A DNA stretch of 64,000 bases. Source: the human T2T-CHM13v2.0 reference genome, Homo sapiens. The translations under genes and the position numbers were made by a program. The notes under the pieces were generated by a model that was given only the letters and a program-made list of their open reading frames with translations, did not search any database and had not been told where the DNA came from. Shown in pieces: positions 62,366 through 64,000 of this stretch (the stretch's first letter is position 1; every line of letters begins with the position of its first letter). The stretch lies in assembly GCF_009914755.1 (NCBI RefSeq), contig NC_060940.1; one strand, given 5' to 3'.

Positions 62366-63234
62366 AGGTTTTTCTCTTTTGTGGAATAGATTTGCCTAAA
62401 CCTACAAAATGGCAAGCCACAGCTTGGTGCAGAAAATTCTGTTTAGCAGCAAGACTACAAGTCATGTCATGTTTTGTTTTTCTGTGTTTTATATATGGAG
62501 ATGTATTAGGACACAGAGATGTGCTGAGTAGTCTCTTTTCCAAGAGAACATGTAAATGAAGCTTGATGTAATAGTTTAGTAGTACATTCTGGTGGTTGAC
62601 AGCATCCTCATAGGACTCTCCCAGACATAGGTATGGAAAGTTCTGGTGCTAAAGGCTGGTTCTGGGACCCAGAAGTAGGGAAAGGTATCTTACATGATGC
62701 CACCAAGGAAAGGTTTAGCAAGAAGTAAGAGATTTTTCAAGAATAGTGTCAAGGCTGGAAAATTGGAACAAAGACTATCTTAGAACCAGATAGAACTGGT
62801 CACTGAATTACTTTTCCCTGGACTATCACTTCCTTTCTCCACATTTCTCAGTCATCGATTTGGGAATCACAGAATGTGAACAAAGGCAGCTCATCTTGAG
62901 TGATGTTCCATCCAGAGAGGACTGAGGCCTGTGTAAATAAGACAGTGTCTAGAATGTTTATTTCCACCAGTGTTCATGTTCTCTGCAGAGATCTAAGTGA
63001 CCTCTGACACTTTTCTCTGATTTCCACTTGGCTAGTTTTCTGTGATTAGTGGAGTCTTTCTGAACAGAATCATTTTCTACTCACAATCTCTTTCTTGTTT
63101 AGCATCAATTTCTAAGGCACAGGATAATAGTATTTAAGAATTAGTCCCTTATGCTTCCAAATACTGTAATCATACCTCCAGCGTCAACTGCCTAACAAAA
63201 GCCACACAAAAGACTAATGTTGAACATTTCAGGT

Positions 63235-63720
63235 GTCTTAAATTGGCATCTATCAGAAGCAGAGCCTGGATGAACGATTCAGGTATAACTGAAATGTGTT
63301 AAGAAAATGATCCTAGGAAGAACTGTTAATAGCAAGGGAGTGAGGAGAGCCAGTCTAGGAGGCAGAGAAGCCAACAAAGAAGTGATTTCAGGTGAAGTCC
63401 CAGATGCACCATCATCCCCAGTAGAGCTTTGAAGAATAAATTACACCTGCATTTACCACATTCTGAGAGAAAGGAAGTGGGCTGTTGTACTCCCCCACCA
63501 GTCATGGGGTGTGGGCCACTCTGGAATTGGGGAAAGGGGGACGGTAAGTTCTCAAGTGTTTCTGGGTCTTCCCATGGGTATGGAAGCTCCAGTGCCCAAA
63601 GAGCCACCCTCAGCAATTTGCAAGTCTAAGACGTTAAGGGCAAAGCACAGAAAAGCTGAATGATGGTTCCAAAGATGTGCTAAAATGAATTTCATGGGAT
63701 CTTAGCAGGGTACCAACCAT
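63235..63720. mobile_element. Ancient ERVL LTR (LTR33/LTR67-like)
   Basis: CAGAAGCAGAGCCTG..GATTC..GAGAAGCCAACAAAG..CACCAGTCAT motifs. Diverged, subfamily unsure. Confidence 0.45.
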
Positions 63721-64000
63721 TTTATCCATAAAAATAAGGACTTTAATTATGTCAAATATTGATAGACAGACACACAGAGATAGATCTTTGTGCAGAGAAG
63801 AAGGCTTTGGAGTAAGAGTAGAAAATCACAGCTGCACTAAAAAAGGTAATTTATATTCAAGTAAATTGTGAATTTAGCACCTTTATAGAAATTAATGGAG
63901 ACATAATAAACTTAGGTTCCTCAATGTAGATAGGCAGAACTGTCACTTGCATTATTGGAGCTGAATTGATGAACTCAATTGAGTTTTTAGGATAAAGCCA

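Overview
AT-rich primate genomic DNA, almost certainly human: it carries an AluYa5 with all five diagnostic bases. It looks intergenic or deep-intronic. I find no credible protein-coding exon, RNA gene, CpG-island promoter or CRISPR array. The supplied ORFs are Alu translations, decayed L1 fragments, simple repeats or chance ORFs. The window is mostly layered transposon fossils: 14 Alus, several long L1s, solo ERV LTRs (LTR9-, MER50-, LTR2-, LTR14-, MST-, MLT-, LTR33-like), a MER4-group ERV internal fragment, a full-length Hsmar2 mariner and several MITEs (MER20, MER44, MER2, MER5). Family names come from remembered consensus sequences, not a database search, so subfamily calls are approximate. 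I cannot support a genuinely new biological system. The best leads are (1) an L1 with an intact 5' end that stops right after ORF1 in an A-tract with an apparent TSD (ORF1-only retrocopy, 29401-32126), (2) a non-repeat stretch that retains CpGs at ~5900-6250 (candidate conserved element), (3) a full-length Hsmar2, and (4) a young AluYa5 head-to-head with an older Alu.
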